64,000 bases of DNA from Acidobacteriota bacterium (GTDB lineage: Bacteria; Acidobacteriota; Holophagae; Holophagales; Holophagaceae). A program made the position numbers and the translations under genes. The DNA lies in the NCBI GenBank assembly GCA_005788175.1, contig SXYX01000014.1, positions 87,277 to 151,276 on the forward strand, given 5' to 3'. The notes beneath the pieces are model-generated. The model did no database searches, was not told the DNA's origin, and saw only the letters and a program-made list of their open reading frames with translations. Shown here one piece after another: positions 19,356-28,826 of the stretch (positions are counted from its first letter, which is position 1; the number at the start of each line of letters is the position of its first letter).

Positions 19356-20300
19356 ATGTTGCAAATAATGCAGATAGTTATCATTTCATCCCTTACGGCT
19401 CTGATAGACGGAGTCTTGGCACATCGCTTTCGCTCCCTACCCTTATACCGAAGGCACTTCTACTTGTCGGTGGCCTTGATCTTCATCCCCCTAGACCTCA
19501 TGGGGGTGCACCTTAGTTGGGGCACCCGGGTTATCGGTGTTTTGGTGGGATTGACCCTTCCCGTGCTTCTTAAAATGGTGTCCCGATCTTGGTATACCCA
19601 TTCCTGGGCAAAAGGCTCATTCAAACGACACGACGCCAAAAGGTCCCTTGTCATTATTGCAGATCCACACTGGTCAAAAGATACAGGTTACTTAGATGAG
19701 ATCCAAAAAAAATATACCGGCGTAGATTGGTTATTTTTAGGGGACTGTTTTGATATTTGGATCGGCCTTCCAAATTATGAGACGTCTGCACAAAAAGGAT
19801 TTTTAGAATGGGTCGATCATCGTCGTCAGGAAGGTGCCTGGGTAGGTCTTTGGTTGGGTAATCGTGAATATTTTCTTGATTACTTAGCTCCACGATTCGA
19901 CTTAATGGGCGAGGGAACGGGTGGTTACCTTATGGATGAATCCTTCCATTTTGAACATGGAGACCTTATTAACTCAGAAGATATACAATACCGTTTTTGG
20001 AATCTAGCCTCACGATCTTCTTTGGTATGGATTTTATTTCGAATGATACCTGCAAGATGGGGTCAGCGTTTAGGATCTTGGTTGGAATCTAAATTGAAGA
20101 CTACTAATCAGAACTATAAGATTGAATTTCCAAAAGATGCATTTGGGAAAGTTGCTCGCTCTTTTTCTCCTTCAATTTTCATCGTCGGTCATTTCCATAC
20201 AGAACACCGCATCGAAAACGGAAGAGTGATTCCATGGAATTACTCTGGAACCCATGCAATATGGGCCGAAGGCCATCTCGATATTAAATCGATACATTAA
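19356..20300 (+). CDS. LpxH-like metallophosphoesterase (UDP-2,3-diacylglucosamine diphosphatase family) with an N-terminal membrane extension
   Basis: IIADPHW, LFLGDCFDIWIG, GNREYF, FEHGD and VGHFH motifs follow about 95 hydrophobic N-terminal residues. Confidence 0.65.
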   Translation: MLQIMQIVIISSLTALIDGVLAHRFRSLPLYRRHFYLSVALIFIPLDLMGVHLSWGTRVIGVLVGLTLPVLLKMVSRSWYTHSWAKGSFKRHDAKRSLVIIADPHWSKDTGYLDEIQKKYTGVDWLFLGDCFDIWIGLPNYETSAQKGFLEWVDHRRQEGAWVGLWLGNREYFLDYLAPRFDLMGEGTGGYLMDESFHFEHGDLINSEDIQYRFWNLASRSSLVWILFRMIPARWGQRLGSWLESKLKTTNQNYKIEFPKDAFGKVARSFSPSIFIVGHFHTEHRIENGRVIPWNYSGTHAIWAEGHLDIKSIH

Positions 20301-20370
20301 TCCAGACGATTCAACTCTTTCTTGATCAACCCGAAGGCTCCTGATAGGGTCTTATGAAATAGGGGCTTTT

Positions 20371-20976
20371 ATGTTTAGAAAATATTATGGATACCTTCTT
20401 CCTCTCCTTTTTATCCTTGCGTGTGGCCCAGCCATTAAATTTAATTACGACCCAACTATCAATTTTGGGCCGCTTAAAACATGGGCTTGGTCAGAACAAA
20501 GCGAATTCTCGGAAGATATTACGAATAACAGAAGGCCTCGTCGAAGCGAGCGACTTTTAGAAGATAATAGAAGATCTGGTCGAAGCGAGCGTCCTTTAAT
20601 TGATAGGCGAATTGGATTAATTTTAGAAAAAGAACTTATCGCACTGGGTTATCAAAAGGTATCGCCCTCAGAAGCTCAATTTCTTGTCAAACAATATGCT
20701 AGATACAAAGAAGTTCCTGTGGAATATAGAACGCGAATATCTTCGGGGGGTTGGGGTTGGTATCCTCACTATGGAATCGGATTGAATACCTCAACAGTTT
20801 CAAGACAGACCTACGAAGAAGGAACTGTATCTATTGAAATTTACGATGCAAAAACTAATAAACTCATTTGGGAAGCCAAAGCGGTTGGAGCCTTATCCGA
20901 GATTCGCGGTCCTGAAGAAGCGGATAGAGAAATTACAAGAGCCGTTAAAGGGGCTTTAGACAAACTACCCAGGTAG
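20371..20976 (+). CDS. DUF4136-like lipoprotein with an Arg-rich internal duplication
   Basis: Lipobox LFILAC. NYDP...FGPLKTWAW and C-terminal GTVSIEIYDAKTNKLIWEAKA match the DUF4136 pattern. Confidence 0.6.
   Translation: MFRKYYGYLLPLLFILACGPAIKFNYDPTINFGPLKTWAWSEQSEFSEDITNNRRPRRSERLLEDNRRSGRSERPLIDRRIGLILEKELIALGYQKVSPSEAQFLVKQYARYKEVPVEYRTRISSGGWGWYPHYGIGLNTSTVSRQTYEEGTVSIEIYDAKTNKLIWEAKAVGALSEIRGPEEADREITRAVKGALDKLPR
20530..20607 (+). repeat. in-frame 39-nt tandem duplication (2 units)
   Basis: agaaggcctcgtcgaagcgagcgacttttagaagataat is followed by agaagatctggtcgaagcgagcgtcctttaattgatagg. The units encode RRPRRSERLLEDN / RRSGRSERPLIDR. Confidence 0.7.
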
Positions 20977-21027
20977 ATTTAATTTACTTAACAAACATGA
21001 GAAACTTGAAGTTTACAAGGAGAGTTT

Positions 21028-21525
21028 ATGGCCCAAGTGATGCTCGGCGGTAATCCCGTTCAGACTAATGGGGAATTGCCAAAGGTAGGTAGCGTTTGCC
21101 CTTCCATTTTACTTATAAAGAATGATTTTTCTGAACTGACATTAAAAGATCTTCGAGGGAAAAAAGTTATTTTAAATATCTTTCCCGGTATTGATACCTC
21201 CATCTGTAGCAAATCTGTCATGTACTTCAATACAAAAGCTTCTGACAAACCTAATACCGTCATTTTGTGCGTGAGTGCAGATCTACCTCAGACGCAAAAA
21301 CGGTATTGCGCCAGTGAAAAAATTGAAAACGTGATGACTGTTTCTACATTTAGAGATCCTAATGCACTTGATCGTTTGGGAATTCGTCTCATCACAGGTA
21401 AATTAACAGACTTACCGGCACGATCTATTATTGTGTTAGACGAAGAGGGAAAAGTCATTTATACCGAATTGGTCAGCGAGATAGCCAACGAGCCAAATTA
21501 TGAATCAGCTCTGAGTGTCGTCTAG
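21028..21525 (+). CDS. tpx: thiol peroxidase (Tpx, atypical 2-Cys peroxiredoxin)
   Basis: GKKVILNIFPGIDTSICS...LCVSADLPQTQKRYC. Confidence 0.85.
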   Translation: MAQVMLGGNPVQTNGELPKVGSVCPSILLIKNDFSELTLKDLRGKKVILNIFPGIDTSICSKSVMYFNTKASDKPNTVILCVSADLPQTQKRYCASEKIENVMTVSTFRDPNALDRLGIRLITGKLTDLPARSIIVLDEEGKVIYTELVSEIANEPNYESALSVV

Positions 21526-22752
21526 GCGATCCAATTTTCGCAGTGCAGGGATTTTCCAAGCAACAGCCCCGACTGTCACCAGTGTCATTATTCCCCCAAA
21601 GACCACACTCGGGATCGTTCCTAAAAGTTTCGCTGCGAGGCCGCTCTCAAAAGCACCGATTTCATTACTGCTTCCTATGAAGAAAGAGTTAACTGCACCC
21701 ACCCGACCCATGAGATGTCGAGGTGTCTGAAGCTGTATAAGAGCTGATCTCATAATCACACTCACATTATCAGCCGCCCCACAAATAATCAGAATCACAA
21801 AACTAATAATAAATGAACTAGAAAGCGCAAAAGCTATCCATCCGAGGCCAAAAATAAAGACACACATCAATAGCTGTCGTCCCATATGACGATCTGGTGG
21901 GTTAAAAGCTAACCATAGAGATATCACAATAGAGCCAATGGCGGGTGCGCTTCGTAAAAGACCAAATCCCTTTTCGTCGACCTGTAAAATATCCCGAGCA
22001 AAAATTGGCAATAAAGAGATGGCTCCTCCAAAGAGAACCGCGAATAAATCCAAAGTCAGGGCGCCAAGAACTATTTTTTCCGTAAATACAAAGCGAACTC
22101 CATCAAAAAATCGGGTTTCATCGGTAGACTTTCTTTCAAAACGATGAAGGGGTTTGATTTTCATATACGAAGCCAGAGTAAATAAAACGAGAAGACATAC
22201 AAAAGCATAAGCCGTCCGATAGCCTAGGGGGATAAGGAAACCTCCTACAACGGGCCCAATAACCATAGCGATATGAAAAGTACTGCTTCGCATCGTGGAC
22301 GCATTAACGTAACTCTCTTTAGGAATGAGATCAGATACAAGAGCTTGATAAGCAGGTCGAAAAAAAGCGCGTCCAACACCTCCGAGAGCCTGAGCACCAT
22401 AAAAAATCCACACTTGTTCGACAGAGTTACTCCAATTGGTCACCATCAAAAGAATACTTCCGGCCAAAATAGGCAATAACGAAATAAGACAAAGCCTCTT
22501 TCGATCAAATCGATCAGCTAGATACCCTCCAAAAAGAGTAAGGCTCAAAAAAGGTAGGGCCTCAGATAAACCAATGAGACCCAACGAAAGAGGGTCTTTC
22601 GTCAGGCTATAAATTTGCCAACCCAAGACAACCAACTGAATTTGAGTAGCAATGAAGAGGGTAAATCCCCCTATTAGAAACCAGCGATAGGGGTGATAAC
22701 GAAGAGACTCGAAAGGCGAAGTCTCAGGCTCACTCATACCGAAGGGCATCAA
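21505..22752 (-). CDS. MFS transporter (EntS/MFS_3-like)
   Basis: About 12 TM segments and a GGYLADRFDRKR loop motif. An alternative start lies at 22737. Confidence 0.75.
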   Translation of the reverse strand: MMPFGMSEPETSPFESLRYHPYRWFLIGGFTLFIATQIQLVVLGWQIYSLTKDPLSLGLIGLSEALPFLSLTLFGGYLADRFDRKRLCLISLLPILAGSILLMVTNWSNSVEQVWIFYGAQALGGVGRAFFRPAYQALVSDLIPKESYVNASTMRSSTFHIAMVIGPVVGGFLIPLGYRTAYAFVCLLVLFTLASYMKIKPLHRFERKSTDETRFFDGVRFVFTEKIVLGALTLDLFAVLFGGAISLLPIFARDILQVDEKGFGLLRSAPAIGSIVISLWLAFNPPDRHMGRQLLMCVFIFGLGWIAFALSSSFIISFVILIICGAADNVSVIMRSALIQLQTPRHLMGRVGAVNSFFIGSSNEIGAFESGLAAKLLGTIPSVVFGGIMTLVTVGAVAWKIPALRKLDRLDDTQS

Positions 22753-23953
22753 TCACATCTAGATTGGCGGCTTTCAAAGCAGGAAGGAAACCAGCCGACA
22801 GGCCAATTATGGATGAAAATCCGATCCCGAGTAATACAGCCCATGAAACAACAAGGGCCTGCATGTTGAGGGCCTGCATTAAAGCGATCAACAAGAAAGA
22901 CAATAAAACCCCAACGAGACCCCCCATGGAGGAGAGCACTGAAGCTTCAATCAAGAACTGAAAAAGAACGCTTCGTCGGGTAGCTCCCATGGCTCGACGA
23001 ATACCGATCTCTCGAGTTCGCTCGGTGACACTTACCAACATAATATTTCCAATTCCAATTCCACCTACAACAAGAGATATAGAGGCGGCTACGGCTAAAA
23101 GTGTTGTGATGATAGCGCTCTGTTGAGCAGAAGCAGCTAACCAATCATTTTGTTTTCTGATGGAAAAGTCATTTTCAGCATTTGAGGATAGCCGATGACG
23201 TTGGCGCAGAAGCGATGTGATTTCTGATTCAGCAAGATCCACTTTGTCTTCTGAGAGGGCTGACGCTATAATTTGCTGTATTTTGTCGCGACCCATTAAC
23301 TTTTTCATGACCGTTGTATAGGGCGCATGAATTACATCATCTTGATCTCCCATGGGGCCCGAGCCTTTTCGTGTTAAGACGCCAACAATTTCAAACGGCA
23401 TGGTACCAATTCGAATCGTCTTGCCAACTGGATCTTCTCCCGTCGGAAAAAGATTATCTTGAACCGTTTTTCCGATGACACAGACTTTTGCTATGGAACG
23501 AACCTCTTGGGCATTGAAATATCTACCTCCGTCAAGAGCCCAATCTTTGATATCTAAATATTGGTCATTAGCGCCATGAATTGAGCCTGCTAACCAATTG
23601 TTAGATAAATAGATCGCTGGTTTAGCGGTTCTCACAAAAGGAGTGGAATAAGCAATAGAATTCGGAAGTTCATATTGAAGGGAATCTGCATCCTCCGGAG
23701 TCAACGTTTCGACTCCACCTTGACCTACGGGACCCCAAGATCCTTTGGGTGCAGAACCGGGAACTACGTAGATCATATTGGTGCCCATTGAACGGATAAT
23801 AGCTTCCGTAGCTTCTTTAGACCCCTGGCCGATACCAATCATCGTAATTACAGCGCCGACACCAATGATGATGCCGAGCATGGTCAACGTAGCGCGAGTT
23901 TTATTTCGCAGAATCGAGGTAAGTGCAATTTTTAAAAATTCAAGATATTCCAC
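22730..23953 (-). CDS. MacB/FtsX-type ABC transporter permease with no ATPase domain
   Basis: N-terminal LRNKTRATLTMLGIIIGVGAVI, a periplasmic domain and a C-terminal FtsX 3-TM bundle (ERTREIGIRRAMGA). Confidence 0.85.
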   Translation of the reverse strand: MEYLEFLKIALTSILRNKTRATLTMLGIIIGVGAVITMIGIGQGSKEATEAIIRSMGTNMIYVVPGSAPKGSWGPVGQGGVETLTPEDADSLQYELPNSIAYSTPFVRTAKPAIYLSNNWLAGSIHGANDQYLDIKDWALDGGRYFNAQEVRSIAKVCVIGKTVQDNLFPTGEDPVGKTIRIGTMPFEIVGVLTRKGSGPMGDQDDVIHAPYTTVMKKLMGRDKIQQIIASALSEDKVDLAESEITSLLRQRHRLSSNAENDFSIRKQNDWLAASAQQSAIITTLLAVAASISLVVGGIGIGNIMLVSVTERTREIGIRRAMGATRRSVLFQFLIEASVLSSMGGLVGVLLSFLLIALMQALNMQALVVSWAVLLGIGFSSIIGLSAGFLPALKAANLDVIDALRYE

Positions 23954-23972
23954 AGCGCAACCTTATGTAATT

Positions 23973-25679
23973 CTAGCGACCTCGACCCATACCGCCGCCC
24001 ATCGGAGAAGCGGTCGTGGGTGCTGATCCACTCTTCTTAGGTAATTCAGTTATTCCAACAAGCACTTCAGCCCCTTCAGGGAGATCAGCAGATATTATTT
24101 CTGTGAATTGGCCATCAGTAAGCCCTATGTTAACTCGCACACTTTTTAGTTCGCCTTTCGAGTCGACAATCCAAACACGATCGTCTCTTCGACTGGCAAA
24201 TCCTCTTCCACCGCCTCCAACCATCACAGGAGCCGTCGTATTAGAAGGAGATCTAGAGGGTTTGGAATCCTTAATATCTGGAGAATTACTTTGCTTACTG
24301 TTTTTAGGTCTAGCTCCCCCAGCCGGAGAGCCCTGTGCGTCAGGTGCTCTTCTACCTTCAGGGCCTTGGCTAAATCCTTGTCCCCCGCTAGCCTCACGCC
24401 TCTTTCTTAAGGCTTCGATTTGCTCAGGAGTCATATTATTCCTGAGGGCTTGAATTTGTTCAGGAGTCATATTTCTCCGCCACTGACCACCGCCTGTATC
24501 AGCGGGTTGTTCTGCTGGAGAAGTTTGGTCGTTATTATTTTTAGGTTGACTAGTGGCTTCGGAAGAACGTTTGGGCTTAAGTGACTCAGGTATCTGATTA
24601 ACTCCGGGGGGCGTAGGAGTGGCGGGATTGGTCGAATTTTGCGACTGAGCCATCCTTTTTTTCATTTCTTCCTGAGCTTTATTTCTTTCATCCTGTAATT
24701 TTTTATTGTATGCCTCTTGCGCTTTTGGGGGCAAAAAGGTTATTGGATTAAAGCGAAGAGCAGCGGCGGGCACACGAAGGGCAGAATCTTTGCTAGCCGT
24801 AAAAATCGTAACATTGGCTGTCATGCCCGGGCGAATCTTAAGTTCACTATTGTCGACTGCAACTTGCACTGTGTAATTAACCACATTCTGTTGAATACGG
24901 GGATCTATACGGACTAACATAACTCTTCCCACGAACTGTAAATCTGGATAAGCGTCAACACTGAAAAAGGCTTGTTGATCAACCTCGATCTGGCCGATAT
25001 CTGCTTCATCAATGTTGGCTTCAAGCTTCATTTGCCTCAAGTCTTGAGCAATGACAAACATATTAGGGGTGTTGAAACTAGCTGCTACCGTTTGACCTCT
25101 ATCAACTAAACGACTAACGACTACACCATCGAGAGGAGATTTAATTGTGCAGTAATCAAGATTAACTTTTGCTCTCACGAGTGATGCTTTTGCTGAAGTA
25201 AGATTTGATTCGGCAGAAACTTTAGCGGACTCTGAATCCTGTAAATCTTTTTCGGAAATTAATTTAGCTGCAAATAGTCTTTTTTGTCTTTCGAATTGGC
25301 GCTTACTGTCATTGAAGATTTGTGTTGTTCTTTGAACAGTAGCTTCAGCATCACTTACCTGAGCAGCATAAATAGTGGGATCAATTTCAGCTAATTTTTG
25401 ACCTTTTTTGACAGGCGTGTTGAAGTCTACATATAAATTTGAGACGATGCCCGAAATTTGAGATCCAATATTTACTTGAAGTAAACCTGAAAGAGTTCCC
25501 GTTGAGGTGATACGCTGACGAATAGCTCCGCGATCAATTTTTGCTTTTTTCCATTTGGGCATTTCTTCGGACTTGAAGATATTGTAGATTGAGCCGACAA
25601 GTAGAATCAAAAATAATCCAGCAATAATCTTTTTCTTTTTCAAGGAAAAATCTTTCCAATTTAATGTTTTAATCTTCAT
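23973..25679 (-). CDS. HlyD/MacA-type periplasmic adaptor (membrane fusion protein) with a long low-complexity insert
   Basis: TM anchor, lipoyl/hairpin region (GQKLAEIDP...LDYCTIKSPLDGVV) and beta-barrel, then about 170 aa rich in P/S/Q/G/N. Confidence 0.85.
   Translation of the reverse strand: MKIKTLNWKDFSLKKKKIIAGLFLILLVGSIYNIFKSEEMPKWKKAKIDRGAIRQRITSTGTLSGLLQVNIGSQISGIVSNLYVDFNTPVKKGQKLAEIDPTIYAAQVSDAEATVQRTTQIFNDSKRQFERQKRLFAAKLISEKDLQDSESAKVSAESNLTSAKASLVRAKVNLDYCTIKSPLDGVVVSRLVDRGQTVAASFNTPNMFVIAQDLRQMKLEANIDEADIGQIEVDQQAFFSVDAYPDLQFVGRVMLVRIDPRIQQNVVNYTVQVAVDNSELKIRPGMTANVTIFTASKDSALRVPAAALRFNPITFLPPKAQEAYNKKLQDERNKAQEEMKKRMAQSQNSTNPATPTPPGVNQIPESLKPKRSSEATSQPKNNNDQTSPAEQPADTGGGQWRRNMTPEQIQALRNNMTPEQIEALRKRREASGGQGFSQGPEGRRAPDAQGSPAGGARPKNSKQSNSPDIKDSKPSRSPSNTTAPVMVGGGGRGFASRRDDRVWIVDSKGELKSVRVNIGLTDGQFTEIISADLPEGAEVLVGITELPKKSGSAPTTASPMGGGMGRGR
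24411..24473 (-). repeat. 36-nt periodic duplication inside the MFP insert
   Basis: ggcttcgatttgctcaggagtcatatt (24411-24437) and ggcttgaatttgttcaggagtcatatt (24447-24473) encode NMTPEQIQALR / NMTPEQIEALR. Confidence 0.7.
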
Positions 25680-25770
25680 TTGAATCCTAAAAAATAATTA
25701 TTCTATTGAGAGCAAAGAGGTGATCTCTAACTTTCCCATAATTCCTCAGACACAACTAGGGTGATAGAGG

Positions 25771-27288
25771 TTAATTCCCTGTAATAAAAGGCTCAATGAG
25801 CCTAAATGGTTGCTCAGTGGTAGGGACGGCAACATTGTCTAGAGTCCATTGAGGCCATATGCTCAAAGCAACGATGGCTGTGAAACAAATCAATACCGAT
25901 AAGCTACTCCAAAAATATGGGCTTAACCCGTGATGATCTTTGGCGTAATTAAATCCCTGAAGGGGTTTTTCCATAAAAAGGACCATGGAAAGGCGAAGAT
26001 AAAAATAAATACCTACCAAACTAGCCAATACGGCGAGGATGGCTAACCATACATGACCACTTGAAATTAATTCTCTAAAGATAAAATACTTTGCATAAAA
26101 ACCTGCAAAGGGGGGAAGCCCCGCAAGACTCAAAAGTAAAACAAGAGTAATGATACCTAGAAAGGGTCTCTTCCAACCCTGTCCTCTTGCATGATCAAAA
26201 TCGGTTTGAGAGCCGACCCATCCAAAGGCTGTAAGAATTCCAAAAAGCCCCATATTCGTGAACCCATAGATCACGAGATAATAAAAAATATAATGTATGC
26301 TTTGCTCCGTTCCAGATACAAAAGCCAATAGTAAATAACCTGAGTGAGCTATCGAGGAAAATGCCAACATCCGCTTGATATTGGTCTGCGCCAATGCGGT
26401 AAGATTACCCAAAAAGAGAGTCAGAATTCCAATCATTGATAGTAGATGTTGAACAGTTGCAGATAGTCCCTGGGACTCTGTCAGAAAACCCCAAATAAAA
26501 AGACGAATGAAAACGATGAATACGGCAGTCTTGGTTGCAACACTCATGAATCCTGAAATAGGATGGGGAGCGGCCTGATATACATCGGGCGTCCATTGAT
26601 GCATAGGTACGGCACTCATCTTGAACAATAAACCAAACAGAATCAAACCAAGGCTCAAAAGCATCAAGGAATCTGACCAACCTTGTTGTTGGGCAAATTG
26701 GGAAATCTTCATAAGATCTAAAGATCCTGTTAAACCGAACAGAAGTACTATGCCGAGTAACATACAACTAGATGCTACAGCTCCAGAAATAAAGTACTTA
26801 AGGCCTCCTTCGGCCCCCTCTCGTCTAACCCGAATAGCACCCGTCAATGTATAAAGAGGCAAACTGAAAAATTCAAGAGCCAAGAATAAAACCAATAAAT
26901 GTGTTGTGGCCATGAAAATCATGAGGCCAGTGACTGAAAACAAGAATAAGGCTAGGGTCTCACCCTTGAACCATCCTTCGTGATGAAGATGGTCCCATAA
27001 CTGCAGAACCGTTATCGCTGCACTACCCAAAACAATTAGTGAGCCAAATTGCGTTAATCGATCAACCAAAAGGGGTCCATAACTTGGTTGATGTCCCCCC
27101 ATCCATAGTTGCATCAAAGCCCTAATCGCTGCGTAGAGGACCCAAAGACTCGTTAGCCAAACCGTCCACCTGACAATCTTTTCATTTCGGACAGTTCGAG
27201 TGAGAACCATTAAAGGAATAACGAGAGCCCCTGCGAGAGGGAAAAGAAATGGAATGAGGGCTGACCATTGAATATAAGTAAGCGTCAT
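25771..27288 (-). CDS. nuoN: NADH-quinone oxidoreductase subunit N
   Basis: An antiporter-like polytopic protein in the last position of the H-I-J-K-L-M-N series. Confidence 0.85.
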   Translation of the reverse strand: MTLTYIQWSALIPFLFPLAGALVIPLMVLTRTVRNEKIVRWTVWLTSLWVLYAAIRALMQLWMGGHQPSYGPLLVDRLTQFGSLIVLGSAAITVLQLWDHLHHEGWFKGETLALFLFSVTGLMIFMATTHLLVLFLALEFFSLPLYTLTGAIRVRREGAEGGLKYFISGAVASSCMLLGIVLLFGLTGSLDLMKISQFAQQQGWSDSLMLLSLGLILFGLLFKMSAVPMHQWTPDVYQAAPHPISGFMSVATKTAVFIVFIRLFIWGFLTESQGLSATVQHLLSMIGILTLFLGNLTALAQTNIKRMLAFSSIAHSGYLLLAFVSGTEQSIHYIFYYLVIYGFTNMGLFGILTAFGWVGSQTDFDHARGQGWKRPFLGIITLVLLLSLAGLPPFAGFYAKYFIFRELISSGHVWLAILAVLASLVGIYFYLRLSMVLFMEKPLQGFNYAKDHHGLSPYFWSSLSVLICFTAIVALSIWPQWTLDNVAVPTTEQPFRLIEPFITGN

Positions 27289-28826
27289 GGATTCACCCCA
27301 GATGAGATAGGTATTGAGGGGATTATCTGAGTGACAATACTCTTCATAATTAGTTCACTATCAATCATGAAGGTTTGTGGATGAATGCCCATCCAAAAAA
27401 TTAAAATGATCAGTGGTAAAAGAACTAATCCTTCTCTCCATGTAAGATCCTTAGCTAGATAGATATTCCCTTTAGCTGCTGGATTATCGTAAGAACCCCA
27501 GAATATACGTTTAAACATCCAAAGCAGGTAGGCGGCACTTAGGACAACTCCTAGAGAGGCCACCATGGCCAAGATAGGTCCCCATTGAAGGGTTGAAGTG
27601 AATGTGCCATTGAGAATCAGAAATTCGCCGATAAACCCATTCGTCAGTGGAAGGCCTATACTACTCAGTACAACAATAAAAAACAAAGTGGTCAGGATTG
27701 GAAGCCTTAGGGCAATACCACTGAAATCTGCAATGTTTCTTGTGTGTGCACGGTCGTAGATCATACCTACTAAAAAGAATAGTGCGCTAGTACTAACTCC
27801 ATGATTGAGCATTTGTAACATAGATCCCTGAAGACCAATGAGTGTAAAACTAAAAATACCTAGAATAACGAAACCCATATGGGAAACCGAGCTATATGCC
27901 ACGAGTTTTTTCATATCCTCTTGGACAAAGGCAACCCAGGCTCCATAAAGAATGGCAATAACAGAAAGAATGCTAAGGGCTCGACTCATACTCAAGGCGA
28001 TTTCGGGAAACATAGGAATTGCAAATCGGAGTAACCCGTACCCACCTAATTTGAGCAAGATACCCGCTAGAATTGCTGATCCAGCCGTTGGAGCCTGAAC
28101 ATGCGCATCGGGAAGCCATGTGTGAAATGGAAATAAAGGAACTTTAATGGCGAAAGCCAATACAAAAGATAGAAATAGCATTTGTTGGATATGAATCGAC
28201 TGGTTTTTTGCGGCTAAAGATAAAAGAGTGGGATTGAAGCTACCGGCAAGATTGGCAAGAAAAATCAGGGAGAGAAGCCAAACTAAACTACCTGCAAGGG
28301 TATAGAGAATGAATTTACTAGCGGCATATTTTCGCTCGCTTCCTCCCCATATTCCAATCAGAAAAAACATTGGAATCAGCATTACTTCCCAAAAAATATA
28401 AAAAAGTAAGAGATCTTGGGCCAATAAGGCACCAAGAATACTTGATTCAAGAATAAGAAAGAGTCCAAAAAATATAGGTTCTTTTTCTTTAATATTTCTC
28501 CATGAAGCCAATAGCGCTAGAGGAAATAAAAGTGTGGTGAGTTGTATTAACCAAAGATTTAGACCATCTAATACTAAGACATAGTTAACAGAAATATTTG
28601 CAAGGGTAAACCAAGAGCGAGATTCTATTATTGAACCGATCGTCCGAATGGGAAGGATAAGAAGAAGGCCATATAGAAAAATTAATAAAGAAAATCCGAG
28701 TCCAAAAAACTTAGCTGCTTTAACTGATCGATACCAAGGTAGTAATACAAGACACATACCCACCATCAGAGGAAGAACAATAAGGCCAGTTAAAGCAAAA
28801 TTTGTTTCCGCGAGAAGGAAGGCCAT
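27285..28826 (-). CDS. nuoM: NADH-quinone oxidoreductase subunit M
   Basis: FHTWLPDAHVQAPTAGSAILAGILLKLGGYG motif. Confidence 0.9.
   Translation of the reverse strand: MAFLLAETNFALTGLIVLPLMVGMCLVLLPWYRSVKAAKFFGLGFSLLIFLYGLLLILPIRTIGSIIESRSWFTLANISVNYVLVLDGLNLWLIQLTTLLFPLALLASWRNIKEKEPIFFGLFLILESSILGALLAQDLLLFYIFWEVMLIPMFFLIGIWGGSERKYAASKFILYTLAGSLVWLLSLIFLANLAGSFNPTLLSLAAKNQSIHIQQMLFLSFVLAFAIKVPLFPFHTWLPDAHVQAPTAGSAILAGILLKLGGYGLLRFAIPMFPEIALSMSRALSILSVIAILYGAWVAFVQEDMKKLVAYSSVSHMGFVILGIFSFTLIGLQGSMLQMLNHGVSTSALFFLVGMIYDRAHTRNIADFSGIALRLPILTTLFFIVVLSSIGLPLTNGFIGEFLILNGTFTSTLQWGPILAMVASLGVVLSAAYLLWMFKRIFWGSYDNPAAKGNIYLAKDLTWREGLVLLPLIILIFWMGIHPQTFMIDSELIMKSIVTQIIPSIPISSGVNP

Noticed and set aside
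19151-19516. A 121-aa ORF spans the HU promoter region and the 5' end of the LpxH-like gene.
   Set aside because: It starts antisense within the HU coding region, runs out of frame over the LpxH-like gene, and has no recognisable domain. It is likely spurious.
24016-24453. A 145-aa ORF lies antisense to the MFP gene. Similar long antisense or shadow ORFs occur at 403-753, 26405-26767, 29715-30065, 38718-39089, 43454-43819 and 58554-58928.
   Set aside because: Each lies entirely inside a well-supported gene on the other strand. Their composition is low-complexity or Pro/Ser/Arg-rich, typical of reverse-frame translation, and none has a convincing RBS.
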